64,000 nucleotides of DNA from an uncultured Nitrospira sp. (lineage in GTDB: Bacteria > Nitrospirota > Nitrospiria > Nitrospirales > Nitrospiraceae). The translations under genes were made by a program, and so were the position numbers. The stretch is taken from the NCBI GenBank assembly GCA_964485915.1, contig CAZAKX010000001.1:1214-65213 (forward strand), in the 5' to 3' direction. A model generated the notes under the pieces. The model was given only the letters and a program-made list of their open reading frames with translations. It was not told the DNA's origin and searched no databases. This document shows positions 41,667-53,419 of this stretch, one piece after another. Numbering within the stretch: position 1 is the stretch's first letter; the number at the start of each line of letters is the position of its first letter.

Positions 41667-42329
41667 ATGATGTTGCAGAAGCAAGGTGCAGCCGTTCTGG
41701 CAGCCGTCGCGCTGGTCGTCGGGATGGCTTCGACTGCCTCGGCGATTGAGTCATTCCAGGAACGGTTCGAATGGGGAGATATGAGTAAGCCGACCACCAT
41801 ACAAGGTAGGGTGATCGTACTGGATCCGTACGATGAAGCAGTCTGGATCAATGTCGCCGTTTTTGGTGGCAATGCTGAGAGTGGCTTATATTGGCAAAAG
41901 GTTCATCCAGGGAAGACGTTGAAATTTTACGCCGAGAAGTCTGCCTGGCAAGAGCTCAAAAAGATGGGGCGACCTCATGCGGGACCGGCAGCGGCAAAGG
42001 AAGTGCCTCCCGGTAGTACCACGGATTTGATTGAATTCGTTGCCGTGGAAAGTGAGCAGAACCATCGCGTGATCTCATCGGTGAAAAAGATTCCCGAAGT
42101 TGCTGGTAACATGGGAAAACCTCTAAGCATTTCCGGCCTTCGCTTGAAGGAATGCGCTGGGAAAAACGAGTTTGACTCGGCCTGTTCAAAGGCCAAGACA
42201 AGCCTCAATGAATCCCCGGTAACACCGGATGGGAGTAACGTGGGCATGCAATATGATGTGATGCTTCCTGGTGGTAAAACGGTAGGTGGCTTGATTCCCT
42301 GGACCGCATCGTATAATCAGGCTCACTAG
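41667..42329 (+). CDS. Exported hypothetical protein
   Basis: AAGGAGG RBS, signal peptide ending ASA and two Cys. Confidence 0.78.
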   Translation: MMLQKQGAAVLAAVALVVGMASTASAIESFQERFEWGDMSKPTTIQGRVIVLDPYDEAVWINVAVFGGNAESGLYWQKVHPGKTLKFYAEKSAWQELKKMGRPHAGPAAAKEVPPGSTTDLIEFVAVESEQNHRVISSVKKIPEVAGNMGKPLSISGLRLKECAGKNEFDSACSKAKTSLNESPVTPDGSNVGMQYDVMLPGGKTVGGLIPWTASYNQAH

Positions 42330-42352
42330 AAGAACCTGACGAGAGAATGCAA

Positions 42353-42385
42353 AGGGCGGTCTTCCATTCCTGGGGAGGCCGCCCT
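42353..42385. terminator. Hairpin between convergent genes
   Basis: AGGGCGGTCTTCC...GGGGAGGCCGCCCT inverted repeat. Confidence 0.7.
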
Positions 42386-42442
42386 GTCTTATTCAAATTC
42401 AACCTCCCTGAATGCTACCAATTCCAATTATAGACGGGAATC

Positions 42443-45070
42443 CTACTTGACCATGCGCTGCAGCTCGGCAAGGCGATTCATCGCATCGAGCGGGGTCATC
42501 GAGAAGAGATCGATCTGCTTCACTTCATCAATAATGGGATGCGGTTTGGGAAGAGGAGGAGAATCCATGTGGGGCTGTTCCTGTGAGGGGTTGGAACAGG
42601 AAGACTCCGGTTGTTCCAGCTGCGACAGCACGGATTGAGCTCTGTGAATAACCTCTATGGGCAGCCCCGCAAGTTTCCCAACGTGAATACCATAACTTCG
42701 ATCTGCTTTCCCTGGCACAATTTTTCTGAGAAACACCACCTCATCGCCCTGTTCCTGAACAGCGACGCAGTAATTTTTGATCCCAGTCCGTTGCTGCTCC
42801 AAGTTGGTCATTTCATGGTAGTGTGTGGCAAATAAGGTACGCGCTCCTAACCGTGTGCAGTCATGGATGTACTCGGCAATGGCCCACGCAATGCTGAGAC
42901 CGTCATAAGTGCTTGTGCCTCGACCAATTTCATCCAGCAAGATCAAGCTTCGCTGTGTCGCCGTTCGTAGAATATGCGCGGTCTCAACCATTTCAACCAT
43001 GAACGTGCTCTGGCCCCCGGCCAAATTATCTGAGGCTCCCACCCTTGTGAAAATGCGGTCGGTTACCCCAACGTGAGCCTCCGTTGCCGGAACGAAGCTG
43101 CCGACTTGTGCCATCAGAACAATCAGGGCCACCTGACGAAGATAGGTGCTCTTTCCTGCCATGTTTGGCCCGGTAATGATCAAGAGGCGGTTCAAGCCGA
43201 GATCCAGCTGCGTATCATTAGGGACGAAGGTGGAATCCGTACAGAGGCGTTCCACCACAGGATGGCGACCGTCTCGAATAGTGAGCGTATCATCCTCAGT
43301 GACCGTAGGCTTCACGTACCGATGGAGAGCGGCGACTTCTGCCAACCCAGCCAACACATCAATGAGCGAAAGGGTGGCGGCTATTCTATCCAGTCGAGGA
43401 GCCTCTTGGGCCAATCGAGAACGGAGCTGACTAAACGTTTCTTGCTCCTTGGCAAGAAGCTGCGTATCAGCTCCCATGACACGTTCTTCAAGATCCTTTA
43501 ACTCAGCCGTCATGAACCGTTCGGCATTGACGAGGGTTTGCTTGCGGATGTAGTCCGCCGGCACACGGGTAAGATTGGCCTTGGTAATCTCGATATAGTA
43601 TCCATAGATTTGATTGTAGCGAACCTTCAGGGAGTCAATGCCGGTTCGTTCCCGTTCACGAACCTCAAGGGCAGCAATCCACCCTTTGCCTTCTGTACTC
43701 ACCTTTCGCAACTCGTCAATATGAGGATCGTATCCTTCTTTGATGATATTTCCATCACGAACTGAGATCGGGGCATCGGAACGGATAGACTGTTCAATCA
43801 GCTCATAGAGATCTTGAGCGTTATCCCAAGAAGCCCGCGCCTCACGGAACAGTTGGCTCTTCAGAAGGTCTAACCGTACAAGAATCTCAGGCAAAGCGCC
43901 GAGCGACTGTTTGAGTGCAAGAAGTTCACGCGGGCCGGACAGCCCCAGAACAAGGCGACTACCTAGTCGAGCAATATCCTGAATCTCTCGCAAAGCAGAA
44001 CGCAGAGCCGTTCGCACCATCATGTGGTCTTTAAGTTCCTCAACTGCATCCAATCTGGAGCGGATCTCTTGGCAGCGAATTAAAGGTCTGATCAGCCATT
44101 GGCGGAGAAGGCGACTTCCCATCGCCGTGCTGGTTCGATCGAGAATACTCAAGAGTGTTGTTGCCTTCGAACTAGAATAGCCCTCATTCCATGCAATTGG
44201 TTTCAGCAGTTCAAGGTTACGGATCGTTGTACTGTCCAGCTGCATGAATTCGTCAGTACCACGGAGCATGATCCGGCGAATATGAGTGAGGGGCGTGGTC
44301 GGTTGGGTCTGACGGACGTATTCCAACACGGCACCAGCCGCGCCAATGCCGATGGATAGATCGTGGCATCCCAAGTTCTCAAGAGATTGGACACCGAGGT
44401 ATTCATGGAGCACTCGCTCGGCGTGCTTGCGGTCAAATGAGACGGAAGGACGTTCACACAGGCGGACTCCCGGGACCTCATCAAGCCACCGGAAGCGTCG
44501 GCGATCAAGGCCAACTGGAATCAGTAATTCTCGAGGCTCTAAGCGCGCAAGCTCATTCACAACTTGGGGAACGGCTTGGGGACCATCCGTCTCCATCACC
44601 CAAAAATCGCCTGTGGAGACCTCAAGGGCAGCCAGGCCGATGACTAATCCTCGAGACAAATCTGGTCGAATCGCGAGCGCGGTCAGATAGTTGAACTCGG
44701 TAGGAGAAAGAAACTCAGTATCGACCAATGTGCCTGGGGTATAGAGTCTGACGACTTCACGGCGAACCAGACCTTTAGCTGTCTTAGGGTCCTCGACCTG
44801 TTCGCACAGGGCGACGATCCGCCCGGCCTTCAATAACTTCGCGATATAGCCGGTTGCGGCGTGAAAAGGAACACCACAAAGAGGAACAGGATCAGTACTG
44901 TTCTTATCGCGGGACGTCAGGGCGATCGAGAGAATTCCCGAAGCCACCTGCGCATCCTCATAGAACATCTCATAAAAATCACCAACACGGAAAAACAGGA
45001 TTGCCTCGGGATAACCCTGCTTAATATCGCGATACTGTTGCATCAATGGACTCAAGCTGAGATCACTCAT
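42443..45070 (-). CDS. mutS: DNA mismatch repair protein
   Basis: FFRVGDFYEMF, GPNMAGKST, DEIGRGTST and FATHYHE motifs. Confidence 0.98.
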   Translation of the reverse strand: MSDLSLSPLMQQYRDIKQGYPEAILFFRVGDFYEMFYEDAQVASGILSIALTSRDKNSTDPVPLCGVPFHAATGYIAKLLKAGRIVALCEQVEDPKTAKGLVRREVVRLYTPGTLVDTEFLSPTEFNYLTALAIRPDLSRGLVIGLAALEVSTGDFWVMETDGPQAVPQVVNELARLEPRELLIPVGLDRRRFRWLDEVPGVRLCERPSVSFDRKHAERVLHEYLGVQSLENLGCHDLSIGIGAAGAVLEYVRQTQPTTPLTHIRRIMLRGTDEFMQLDSTTIRNLELLKPIAWNEGYSSSKATTLLSILDRTSTAMGSRLLRQWLIRPLIRCQEIRSRLDAVEELKDHMMVRTALRSALREIQDIARLGSRLVLGLSGPRELLALKQSLGALPEILVRLDLLKSQLFREARASWDNAQDLYELIEQSIRSDAPISVRDGNIIKEGYDPHIDELRKVSTEGKGWIAALEVRERERTGIDSLKVRYNQIYGYYIEITKANLTRVPADYIRKQTLVNAERFMTAELKDLEERVMGADTQLLAKEQETFSQLRSRLAQEAPRLDRIAATLSLIDVLAGLAEVAALHRYVKPTVTEDDTLTIRDGRHPVVERLCTDSTFVPNDTQLDLGLNRLLIITGPNMAGKSTYLRQVALIVLMAQVGSFVPATEAHVGVTDRIFTRVGASDNLAGGQSTFMVEMVETAHILRTATQRSLILLDEIGRGTSTYDGLSIAWAIAEYIHDCTRLGARTLFATHYHEMTNLEQQRTGIKNYCVAVQEQGDEVVFLRKIVPGKADRSYGIHVGKLAGLPIEVIHRAQSVLSQLEQPESSCSNPSQEQPHMDSPPLPKPHPIIDEVKQIDLFSMTPLDAMNRLAELQRMVK

Positions 45071-45404
45071 CGCGGAAGGTCCCCGCATGTTCAATTTGAG
45101 TGGAAGAGGACCGTCCCGAAATTTTCTCAAGTGATTGGCGGAGGCGCTCCAGATCGACTTCGGCCTGTTGTAATGCCTTTGTTTTTCGTCTTAGTTCGAT
45201 TCGTGCTCGTACCCAGGGAGGGAAGAGGAGAATGGCCGCGACCAACACACCAACAACGAAGCCGGCCATAATGGGTTGATAAATAGGGGTTGAGGCCTCA
45301 AGTAAGCCAAAGAAGTACCTCAGCGTCACTCCCTGCTCTTGATTTTGAAGGACGAAAGCCAGCGAAAGGAGTAAGAGAATGCCGATCAGAATAACGCGTG
45401 TCAT
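45063..45404 (-). CDS. LapA family membrane protein
   Basis: TM-FVLQN..V.L.Y-TM followed by a basic coiled-coil. Confidence 0.75.
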   Translation of the reverse strand: MTRVILIGILLLLSLAFVLQNQEQGVTLRYFFGLLEASTPIYQPIMAGFVVGVLVAAILLFPPWVRARIELRRKTKALQQAEVDLERLRQSLEKISGRSSSTQIEHAGTFRDE

Positions 45405-45952
45405 CGCTGTGAAGCCTTCCGACGGGGCCTTGTACGCGACCGAGGCAATCGGGCTGATGGACCTATGGCGAGGCAAGCCCTAGTGATCCGCGTTAGGAGC
45501 GACCGAGAACGTGCCCCTTGGGCTTCTAACTTCACCCTTCTGGTAGTTCGGGTTCGATGAATCAATCGCACTTCCAGGTGATCAGCAGGAAGTAAGCCCA
45601 GGAATCGATCGGCCCATTCAATCGCGGTAACAGCTTCATCTGTAAAGCAGGTGGAAAGTCCCATTGACTCGGCCTCGTCGACTCGTTTCAACCGGTAAAG
45701 ATCCAGATGTAAGAGCGGAAGCCTCCCCTGATATTCGTGCACGAGTGTAAACGTCGGACTAGTGACCGACGCCACTGAACCACCAAGTCCGGCTACGATC
45801 CCACGGACCAAGGCAGTTTTGCCGGCGCCCAATTCTCCAACCAAGGCAAGTACATCGCCTCTTCGAAGGACCTTACCGATCGTATGTCCAAACGAATCCG
45901 TTTCTCGAGGAGATGACAAGACAATATCACGGAGGTCGAAAGATTTAGCCAT
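45401..45952 (-). CDS. tsaE: t6A37 biosynthesis ATPase
   Basis: GELGAGKT, SPTFTL, H.DLYRL and IEW motifs. Confidence 0.95.
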   Translation of the reverse strand: MAKSFDLRDIVLSSPRETDSFGHTIGKVLRRGDVLALVGELGAGKTALVRGIVAGLGGSVASVTSPTFTLVHEYQGRLPLLHLDLYRLKRVDEAESMGLSTCFTDEAVTAIEWADRFLGLLPADHLEVRLIHRTRTTRRVKLEAQGARSRSLLTRITRACLAIGPSARLPRSRTRPRRKASQR

Positions 45953-45992
45953 AGGAACGAGAGCGGATGAGCTCTTCGCACACAGGATTGAA

Positions 45993-47558
45993 TTAGTTTT
46001 GGGTTGTCTCGTCGACATATTTGAGCGCATAGGGAATCTGTTCGACCAGATCACTTGCGATCATCCCAGCTTGGCCCTTACTGGCTGCAGCCAAATCGCC
46101 GGCTACTCCATGGAGGTAGGTTGCGGCACAAGCCGCGTCCCAGGAAGGCAGGCCTTGGGCCAACAGTCCTACCATCATGCCGGTCAACACGTCACCAGTA
46201 CCGGCTGTCGCCATTCCTGGATTCCCGGTTGGACAGATGGCCACAGCACCATCTGGCCGGGCCACAACAGTTCTCGCTCCTTTCAAGACCACGAACAGGC
46301 CGCGCTCTCGCGCAAACCGGGTCGCGCTACCGATGCGATCGCTATTGACGGTCTGAGATGTTGCATCCGGCTCCAGCCGCGCCATCTCACCAGGATGGGG
46401 CGTGATGATTGGAGGGGTCTTGCAAGATGCCAACAGAGCGGTACGGCCGGTCAGTGCGTTCAGGGCATCGGCATCAAAAACCGCCGGTCGATCGAGCTGT
46501 TTTGTCAGGGCCTGGATGAGCTCCACAGTTTCGGGGGCTGTTGAGAGTCCTGGACCAATGCCGATGGCGGTTCGAGCTGCCATGAACGAAACGAGTCGGT
46601 CCAATGCTGTCCGGGCCAAGGTCCGCGCCTTGGTCTCCGGCATCGGAGCAGTCATAGCCTCCAACAGTTTTGCCTCCAATACGTCATTGACGCTTGAAGG
46701 AATCGCCACAGTCACGAGGCCGGCTCCCACTCGGAGCGCCGCTCGGGCGGCGAGGGCTGCGGCGCCGGTTTTCCCGACGGACCCGGCGATAATACCGGCA
46801 TGCCCAAAGGTTCCTTTGTGACTCGAAGAGCGTCGCGTCGGTAGGGACATCTGCACCGCTGCTCGCGTAATCAAACTGGTACGACTGACCACCGCCTCGA
46901 CGTACGCCGTCGGGATACCAATATCAACGATCTCGATTTCCCCCGCGTGATCAATCCCCTGATTCTGGTAGAGACCCAATTTCGGAAGTCCAAACGTGAC
47001 GGTAAGGGAGGCACGGACAGCTCGGCCAAGGATGGTTCCGTTATCGGCATGGAGGCCTGAGGGAAGGTCGACGGCCACAACAGGGCGAAGGGCTTCGTTG
47101 ATGCTGTCTATGGCATCGGCGTAGCGTCCGGTTACAGCGGAGGAAAGTCCAGTTCCGAGCAGGGCATCCACGAGGATGTCACTGTCGTGCAAAAGAGCCT
47201 GTGCCTGTGCCTTGGAAGTGTAAACGCGCACACCAGACCTGCCTGCACCACGCACAAATTGCTTATACATCGCGGCGGCATCGCGGCTTAGTTCAGAAAC
47301 AGATGCCAGTGCGAGGATGTGTACCTTCGCATGGTGCCGGCGGAGTATGCGCGCCGCTACAAATCCGTCTCCGCCGTTATTCCCCTTGCCGCAGACGATG
47401 GTCACCGTCTTGCCGCGAACGGATCCGAATCGCTTTTCAAGGGAAGACACGAGGCCGAGTCCGGCTCGTTCCATCAATGTTGTGGCGGGAATGCGGGCCT
47501 CTACGATCGTTCTACGATCAAGCTCCTGCATCTGTGCAGCGGTGATAATCTTGGTCAT
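45993..47558 (-). CDS. nnr: Bifunctional NAD(P)H-hydrate epimerase/dehydratase
   Basis: GKGNNGGDG, DALLGTG, TPHPGEM and MATAGTGDVL motifs. Confidence 0.95.
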   Translation of the reverse strand: MTKIITAAQMQELDRRTIVEARIPATTLMERAGLGLVSSLEKRFGSVRGKTVTIVCGKGNNGGDGFVAARILRRHHAKVHILALASVSELSRDAAAMYKQFVRGAGRSGVRVYTSKAQAQALLHDSDILVDALLGTGLSSAVTGRYADAIDSINEALRPVVAVDLPSGLHADNGTILGRAVRASLTVTFGLPKLGLYQNQGIDHAGEIEIVDIGIPTAYVEAVVSRTSLITRAAVQMSLPTRRSSSHKGTFGHAGIIAGSVGKTGAAALAARAALRVGAGLVTVAIPSSVNDVLEAKLLEAMTAPMPETKARTLARTALDRLVSFMAARTAIGIGPGLSTAPETVELIQALTKQLDRPAVFDADALNALTGRTALLASCKTPPIITPHPGEMARLEPDATSQTVNSDRIGSATRFARERGLFVVLKGARTVVARPDGAVAICPTGNPGMATAGTGDVLTGMMVGLLAQGLPSWDAACAATYLHGVAGDLAAASKGQAGMIASDLVEQIPYALKYVDETTQN

Positions 47559-47603
47559 GATGAACCGAGAGTGGTGAACGGACGGACCAGCAGGTCCACG
47601 ACG

Positions 47604-48317
47604 CTAACTCAGCAAGGCCTTCATTTCTTTCACAGCTTGGACGAGGCCGACGAGGACGGAACGCGCGATGATGCTGTGGCCGATGTTGTACTCAACGATT
47701 TCAGGGATATGCGTCAGTCGCTTGACGTTGCGATAGTTCAGTCCATGACCGGCATTGACCCCGATCCCAAGCTTATACGCGAGCCGGGCAGCTTGCGTGA
47801 TCGCCTCGAATTCCATATCGGCTTCTTTCGAACGTGTGGCATTTGCATAGCGCCCTGTATGCAGTTCCACAAAATCTGCGGAGATCTTGTGCGCGGCCTT
47901 CACCTGAGTCAAATCCGGCTCAATAAAGACGCTGACAGGGATCCCGCCGTTATGTAACAGCGATACGATACCTTGAATCCGATCTCGCTGGCCGGCAACA
48001 TCGAGACCGCCTTCGGTGGTCAGTTCCTGTCGTTTCTCCGGCACCAATGTGACCAGGTCCGGCTTGATGTTGAGAGCAATCTTAACCATTTCTCCATCAG
48101 CCGCCATTTCCAGGTCGAGCTTTGTGCGGGTCATTTCGCGAAGAAGCCGAAGATCGCGGTCTTGAATGTGACGTCGGTCTTCCCGTAGATGGACGACAAT
48201 GCCGTCGGCTCCTGCGAGCTCAACAAGCACCGCTGCCGCGAGCGGATCAGGATCGGTTCCTCCGCGAGCCTGTCTCAACGTCGCAACGTGGTCGACATTT
48301 ACACCGAGCCGAGCCAT
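47604..48317 (-). CDS. pdxJ: Pyridoxine 5'-phosphate synthase
   Basis: [23 protein letters not shown] and AGHGL motifs. Confidence 0.97.
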   Translation of the reverse strand: MARLGVNVDHVATLRQARGGTDPDPLAAAVLVELAGADGIVVHLREDRRHIQDRDLRLLREMTRTKLDLEMAADGEMVKIALNIKPDLVTLVPEKRQELTTEGGLDVAGQRDRIQGIVSLLHNGGIPVSVFIEPDLTQVKAAHKISADFVELHTGRYANATRSKEADMEFEAITQAARLAYKLGIGVNAGHGLNYRNVKRLTHIPEIVEYNIGHSIIARSVLVGLVQAVKEMKALLS

Positions 48318-48620
48318 CGCCCCTCCTTACCCTCACCTTGAGTGCCTATCGGATCCTCCGAGCATGGAACTGCTTGGAGATCAACGGACCTACCAGCCCG
48401 TATTAGTAACAGAAAGGAATAAGAGGGGCAAGAACGGCATTGCCGACCCATCGCGAATATGTGCAGGCACAAGTCTCAATTTCCGCTTGCCAGAAACAGG
48501 TAGAAAATGAGGGAAATTGACTCGCCCAGAGCCCTGAATTAGAATAGGCCCCTCTCGTATCCTCTCACGCATTGATGAAGAGTCCGTTGGCAATTTTCTA
48601 GTAACGGTCAAGGGAAGTTC

Positions 48621-49817
48621 ATGGGGTTGGGCGACGGCTTTTATCGGATCAAGCGGCTCCCGCCGTACGTCTTCGCGCAAGTTCAATCACTGAAGCTTGA
48701 AGCGCGGCAACGTGGTGAAGACATCATCGATTTCGGGATGGGAAATCCCGACCAACCCACGCCGCCTCATATCGTCGAAAAGATGATTGAAGCGGCTCGC
48801 AAAGCCAAGAATCATCGCTACTCGGCGTCACGCGGAATTACCAAGCTGCGCCATGCGATTTGTAGCTGGTACAAGCGAAACTACGATGTCGATCTGGATC
48901 CGGAAACTGAAGCCATTGTCACCATCGGCTCAAAAGAAGGTCTCGCGCATCTCGCCTTGGCTATGATTGGTCCGGGTGATGTGGTCCTGACTCCAACCCC
49001 GACGTATCCCATCCATATGTATAGCTTTATCATCGCGGGAGGCGAAGTCCGTGGGATTGAGCTCCGGCAGGATAGCGACTTTTTCGAAGATCTGACTCGG
49101 GTCTACCGGCAGACATTTCCGCGTCCGAAGATTCTGGTCATCAACTTTCCGCACAATCCAACGACAGCCATCGTGGATCTGGAATTTTTCAAGAAGATCG
49201 TCACGTTTGCCAAGGAACACAACGTGATCGTGATCCACGACCTTGCCTATGCTGATTTGGTATTCGACGGCTACAAGGCTCCGAGTTTTCTTCAGATCCC
49301 AGGAGCGAAAGATTGTGGGGTAGAGTTCTATACGTTATCCAAAGCCTACAATATGCCGGGTTGGCGCGTGGGCTTCTGTGTCGGCAACCGCGAGGTCGTC
49401 GGCGCGTTGGCAAAAATCAAAAGTTACTTGGATTACGGGATTTTTCAGCCGATTCAAATCGCGAGCGTGATCGCGCTCAACGGTCCTCAGGACTGCGTAA
49501 AAGACACCGTGCTGCGCTATCAGAAACGCCGGGATGCGTTGGTCGGTGGGTTGAATCGGATCGGCTGGCAAGTCGCAAAGCCACTGGCCACGATGTTTGT
49601 CTGGGCACGCATACCGTTGCCCTATCGCCACATGGGCTCACTGGAGTTTTCAAAGCTCCTGCTGAAGGAGGCGAAGGTTGCCGTTTCTCCCGGGATTGGA
49701 TTCGGTGAGGGTGGCGAGGAGTACGTGCGATTTGGACTCGTCGAGAACGAACATCGAACAAGGCAAGCGGTCAGGGGAATCCGTAAGGCCCTCAAGCTTG
49801 ATGGAGACGAGGAGTGA
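48621..49817 (+). CDS. alaC: AlaC-like class I aminotransferase
   Basis: F.RI.RLPPYVF, GMGNPD, HDLAY and SK.YNMPGWR motifs. Confidence 0.8.
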   Translation: MGLGDGFYRIKRLPPYVFAQVQSLKLEARQRGEDIIDFGMGNPDQPTPPHIVEKMIEAARKAKNHRYSASRGITKLRHAICSWYKRNYDVDLDPETEAIVTIGSKEGLAHLALAMIGPGDVVLTPTPTYPIHMYSFIIAGGEVRGIELRQDSDFFEDLTRVYRQTFPRPKILVINFPHNPTTAIVDLEFFKKIVTFAKEHNVIVIHDLAYADLVFDGYKAPSFLQIPGAKDCGVEFYTLSKAYNMPGWRVGFCVGNREVVGALAKIKSYLDYGIFQPIQIASVIALNGPQDCVKDTVLRYQKRRDALVGGLNRIGWQVAKPLATMFVWARIPLPYRHMGSLEFSKLLLKEAKVAVSPGIGFGEGGEEYVRFGLVENEHRTRQAVRGIRKALKLDGDEE

Positions 49818-51127
49818 GGTCGCGCATCGGAGTGGGTATCGTGGGCTTTGGGACGGTCGGGACCGGAGTTGCCACGATCCTTCTGCATAACGCTGCTCTC
49901 ATCGGCCGTCGGGTGGGTGCGCCGATCGAGCTGATTCGGGTGGCGGATCTGGACATCACGAGAGACCGGGGGCTGCGGTTGACCCCAGGGCTCTTGACCA
50001 CGGATGCCAGGGCAGTGCTCACTGATCCCAATATCGATGTAGTGATCGAGCTTATCGGCGGATACGACACGGCGAAGCGAGTCATCATGGATGCGATTGC
50101 GGCCGGGAAGCACGTCGTCACTGCCAACAAAGCGCTCTTGGCGCTCCACGGAGAGGAAATCTTTGACGCCGCCACGCGCAAGGGTGTGGATGTGGGATTT
50201 GAGGCCAGTGTCGGTGGCGGGATTCCTGTCGTTCGAGCGTTGACGGAGGGGCTTGCCGGGAACACGATCGAATCCATCTACGGGATCATCAACGGAACCT
50301 CCAACTACATTCTGTCACGAATGACGCATGAGGGGCACAGCTTCCAAGAGGTTCTCCAGGATGCGCAACATGCCGGATATGCCGAGGCCGACCCCACGTT
50401 TGATATTGCGGGGATCGATTCGGCGCACAAGCTGGCGATTCTCGTCAACCTCGCGTATGGCACCCCGGTCAATTTCAAGGATATCTATACGGAAGGCATT
50501 ACGAGCATCACGCCCACTGATATTGCGTATGCGAAACAGTTTGGCTGCACGATCAAGTTGCTCGGGATCGCAAAACTTGTCGACGGAGAAATCGAAGCTC
50601 GTGTGCATCCTACGATGCTTCCCTCCACGTCGCCTATCGCCCAAGTCGAGGGTGTGTACAACGCCATTCAATTAGTAGGTGATGCTGTCGGTGACGTCGT
50701 GCTCTATGGGCGGGGAGCCGGATCTATGCCGACCGGGAGCGCCGTCGTCAGTGATGTGATCGCGATCGGACGGAATGTACTCAAAGGCAACGTCGGTCGA
50801 GTGCCGGTGGCGTCGTTTCAACAGGATCAGAGACGGCCGATTCGCCTCCGTTCGATGGAGGAAATCAGTTCGCTGTATTATCTGCGGTTTACCGTTGTGG
50901 ATCGTCCAGGAGTGTTGGCACAGATCGCCGGTGAGCTGGGGCGATGTGGGATCAGCATTGCCTCGATGATGCAACAAGGACGCCGTGAAGGGCAGACAGT
51001 GCCGGTTGTCATTAAGACACATACCGCGAAAGAGCGCGATGTACAAACCGCGCTCCGTGAAATCAACCAAAAGCCGTTCGTCTCCGAATCGACGATGCTC
51101 ATTCGAGTCGAAGGCAAGGACGAGTGA
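49814..51127 (+). CDS. hom: Homoserine dehydrogenase
   Basis: [20 protein letters not shown] and GYAEADP motifs; ACT domain. Confidence 0.97.
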   Translation: MRSRIGVGIVGFGTVGTGVATILLHNAALIGRRVGAPIELIRVADLDITRDRGLRLTPGLLTTDARAVLTDPNIDVVIELIGGYDTAKRVIMDAIAAGKHVVTANKALLALHGEEIFDAATRKGVDVGFEASVGGGIPVVRALTEGLAGNTIESIYGIINGTSNYILSRMTHEGHSFQEVLQDAQHAGYAEADPTFDIAGIDSAHKLAILVNLAYGTPVNFKDIYTEGITSITPTDIAYAKQFGCTIKLLGIAKLVDGEIEARVHPTMLPSTSPIAQVEGVYNAIQLVGDAVGDVVLYGRGAGSMPTGSAVVSDVIAIGRNVLKGNVGRVPVASFQQDQRRPIRLRSMEEISSLYYLRFTVVDRPGVLAQIAGELGRCGISIASMMQQGRREGQTVPVVIKTHTAKERDVQTALREINQKPFVSESTMLIRVEGKDE

Positions 51128-51130
51128 TCG

Positions 51131-52189
51131 ATGAATTGCTGGCGCGGAGTCATTGAGGAGTACCGAAAATTTCTCCCTGTGACTGAGAAGACTCCGGTCA
51201 TCAGTTTGGGAGAGGGCAACACGCCCCTGATTCGCGCCACAAGATTAGCCAAGGCGATCGCACCGGGCATCGAACTCTATTTGAAGTTTGAGGGGGTCAA
51301 TCCAACCGGTTCCTTCAAAGATCGGGGAATGACATTAGCCATCTCAAAGGCCGTTGAGAGTGGTGCGCGGGCCGTCATGTGTGCCTCGACCGGTAATACC
51401 TCGGCCTCCGCCGCGGCTTACGGGGCTCGTGCGGGGTTGTCGGTGTACGTGTTGATTCCAGCCGGAAAGATCGCGATGGGCAAACTTTCCCAGGCGATGA
51501 TGCATCAAGCGACGGTGATTCAGATCGAGGGAAATTTTGATCAAGCGTTGACGCTCGTGAAAGACTTTTCCTCGTCGCTCCATATTGAACTCGTCAACTC
51601 GGTGAATCCCTTCAGGATTGAGGGACAGAAGACCGCGGCTTTTGAGATTTGCGATCAACTCGGCGACGCTCCGAGGCTGCATGTCTTGCCGGTCGGGAAC
51701 GCCGGCAATATTACCGCCTATTGGAAGGGGTACAAAGAATATCGTGCGGCGAATCAGATCATGCGGGTGCCTCGTATGATGGGATTTCAAGCTTCAGGGG
51801 CTGCCCCGATCGTATTGGGCAGAGTCGTCGAACAGCCGCAGACCGTCGCCACGGCAATCCGAATCGGCAATCCTGCCAGCTGGTCATCGGCCTTGACGGC
51901 GGTGGAAGAATCCGCCGGTGCGATCGATATGGTAACGGATGAAGAGATTCTCCAAGCCTACGCAACCGTGGCAGCTACGGAAGGGGTGTTTTGTGAGCCG
52001 GCATCGGCTGCGTCTGTGGCCGGCGTGGCCAAACTCCATCGAAACAAGGCTCTCCAAGAGGGAGAGACGGTTGTCTGTACCCTTACCGGGCATGGCTTGA
52101 AGGATGCGGATACGGCGATCGGTGTGTCAAAGCCACCGCAAACTGTCAAAGCAACTCGCGAGGACGTTGCCCGTTTGTTGAAAGTATGA
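51131..52189 (+). CDS. thrC: Threonine synthase
   Basis: [16 protein letters not shown] and PVGNAGN motifs. Confidence 0.97.
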   Translation: MNCWRGVIEEYRKFLPVTEKTPVISLGEGNTPLIRATRLAKAIAPGIELYLKFEGVNPTGSFKDRGMTLAISKAVESGARAVMCASTGNTSASAAAYGARAGLSVYVLIPAGKIAMGKLSQAMMHQATVIQIEGNFDQALTLVKDFSSSLHIELVNSVNPFRIEGQKTAAFEICDQLGDAPRLHVLPVGNAGNITAYWKGYKEYRAANQIMRVPRMMGFQASGAAPIVLGRVVEQPQTVATAIRIGNPASWSSALTAVEESAGAIDMVTDEEILQAYATVAATEGVFCEPASAASVAGVAKLHRNKALQEGETVVCTLTGHGLKDADTAIGVSKPPQTVKATREDVARLLKV

Positions 52190-52205
52190 GAGGCGCGTAG
52201 AGTCC

Positions 52206-53414
52206 ATGAAATATGTGATCGTACATGCCGGAGGAATGGCCCATGACCCACAAGAAGAACTGGGTGGCCGGACACCCCTCCAAGTCGCCGCGACTCCCCA
52301 CCTAGATGGCCTGGCACAGAGCGGTGAACTTGGTCAACTCATCATTCCCGCCGGCGGAGTTCACCCTGGAGGTGGGTTGATCGGCACGGCGATCCTTGGA
52401 TATGACCCGAGGAAGTTTTATCCAGGCCCTGGGCCGCTTGAGGCTGCCAGTCTGGGTGTATCCGCAACGGAACAGGATGTAGTGTATCGCTGCACGATGG
52501 TGACCTTGGTACCGGAAGGGGGTAAGGGCGGCGACATCAAGAAATTGGGCCCACACGTCATCATGGACGACGCTACGGCCGGCTTGATTGAGACCGAAGA
52601 TGCTCGTGAACTGATCGATGCCATCAACGAACAACTCGGCTCCGAAACCATTCAGTTCTATCCGGGAGCGGGTCATCGCCATCTGATGGTTTGGGTGAAT
52701 GGGAAATCGAAGGCGATCTGCACCGATCCGCAGTCGCTCATTGGTCACTCGATCGCCGATGCGTTACCCTCTGGGGATGGTGCGGATATTCTCCGGAAGC
52801 TGATGGAGGCCGCCTATTTTATCTTGCGCGATCATCCAGTCAACGGTGAACGGATCGCTGCCGGCAAGAAACCGGCAAATTGTCTCTGGCTCTGGGGCGA
52901 AGGACGAGCCGTCACGTGGCCGAGCCTGGTGGAACAATACGAAGTGGCAGGGGCGGTCGTTGCCACCAACGACGTTCATCGTGGTGTAGGGATCAGCGCG
53001 GGCCTTGAAGCCGTGGATTCAGAACGACTCGAAGGTGGTGATCTCCGTGCAAAGGCCACCGTGGCATTGGAGGAATTTGCCAAGAAGGATTTTGTCTATG
53101 TCCATACCAAGTTGACGGATGAGGTCATCCACGGCACCGACATCAAGGCGAAGGTCAAGGGAATCGAAGCCTTCGATCGTGACTTGGTCGGTCCCTTGGT
53201 TGAAGGCTTGGACAAGCAAGGCTCCTATCGCTTTCTCGTGATATGCGACCATACCGCAGGAATTGAAGGTCCGGCCCTATACGCGTTTGGTGAAGGTGGC
53301 GGAAAAGAGGCCGGGACTGTCAGCCGCCGCTTCACCGAGGCGGATGCGATTGCTTCCAACATCCCTGCCCGTGATGCCACTAAGTTTGCGAACAAGTTCT
53401 TCTCCAAAAGCTGA
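52206..53414 (+). CDS. ApgM-like (cofactor-independent phosphoglycerate mutase family) protein with degenerate active-site motifs
   Basis: G.TPL..A.TP.LD, GYDP, GPLEAA and HP.N..R...GK.PAN..W.WG fold motifs; position within the thr operon. Confidence 0.85.
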   Translation: MKYVIVHAGGMAHDPQEELGGRTPLQVAATPHLDGLAQSGELGQLIIPAGGVHPGGGLIGTAILGYDPRKFYPGPGPLEAASLGVSATEQDVVYRCTMVTLVPEGGKGGDIKKLGPHVIMDDATAGLIETEDARELIDAINEQLGSETIQFYPGAGHRHLMVWVNGKSKAICTDPQSLIGHSIADALPSGDGADILRKLMEAAYFILRDHPVNGERIAAGKKPANCLWLWGEGRAVTWPSLVEQYEVAGAVVATNDVHRGVGISAGLEAVDSERLEGGDLRAKATVALEEFAKKDFVYVHTKLTDEVIHGTDIKAKVKGIEAFDRDLVGPLVEGLDKQGSYRFLVICDHTAGIEGPALYAFGEGGGKEAGTVSRRFTEADAIASNIPARDATKFANKFFSKS

Positions 53415-53419
53415 AGCCT

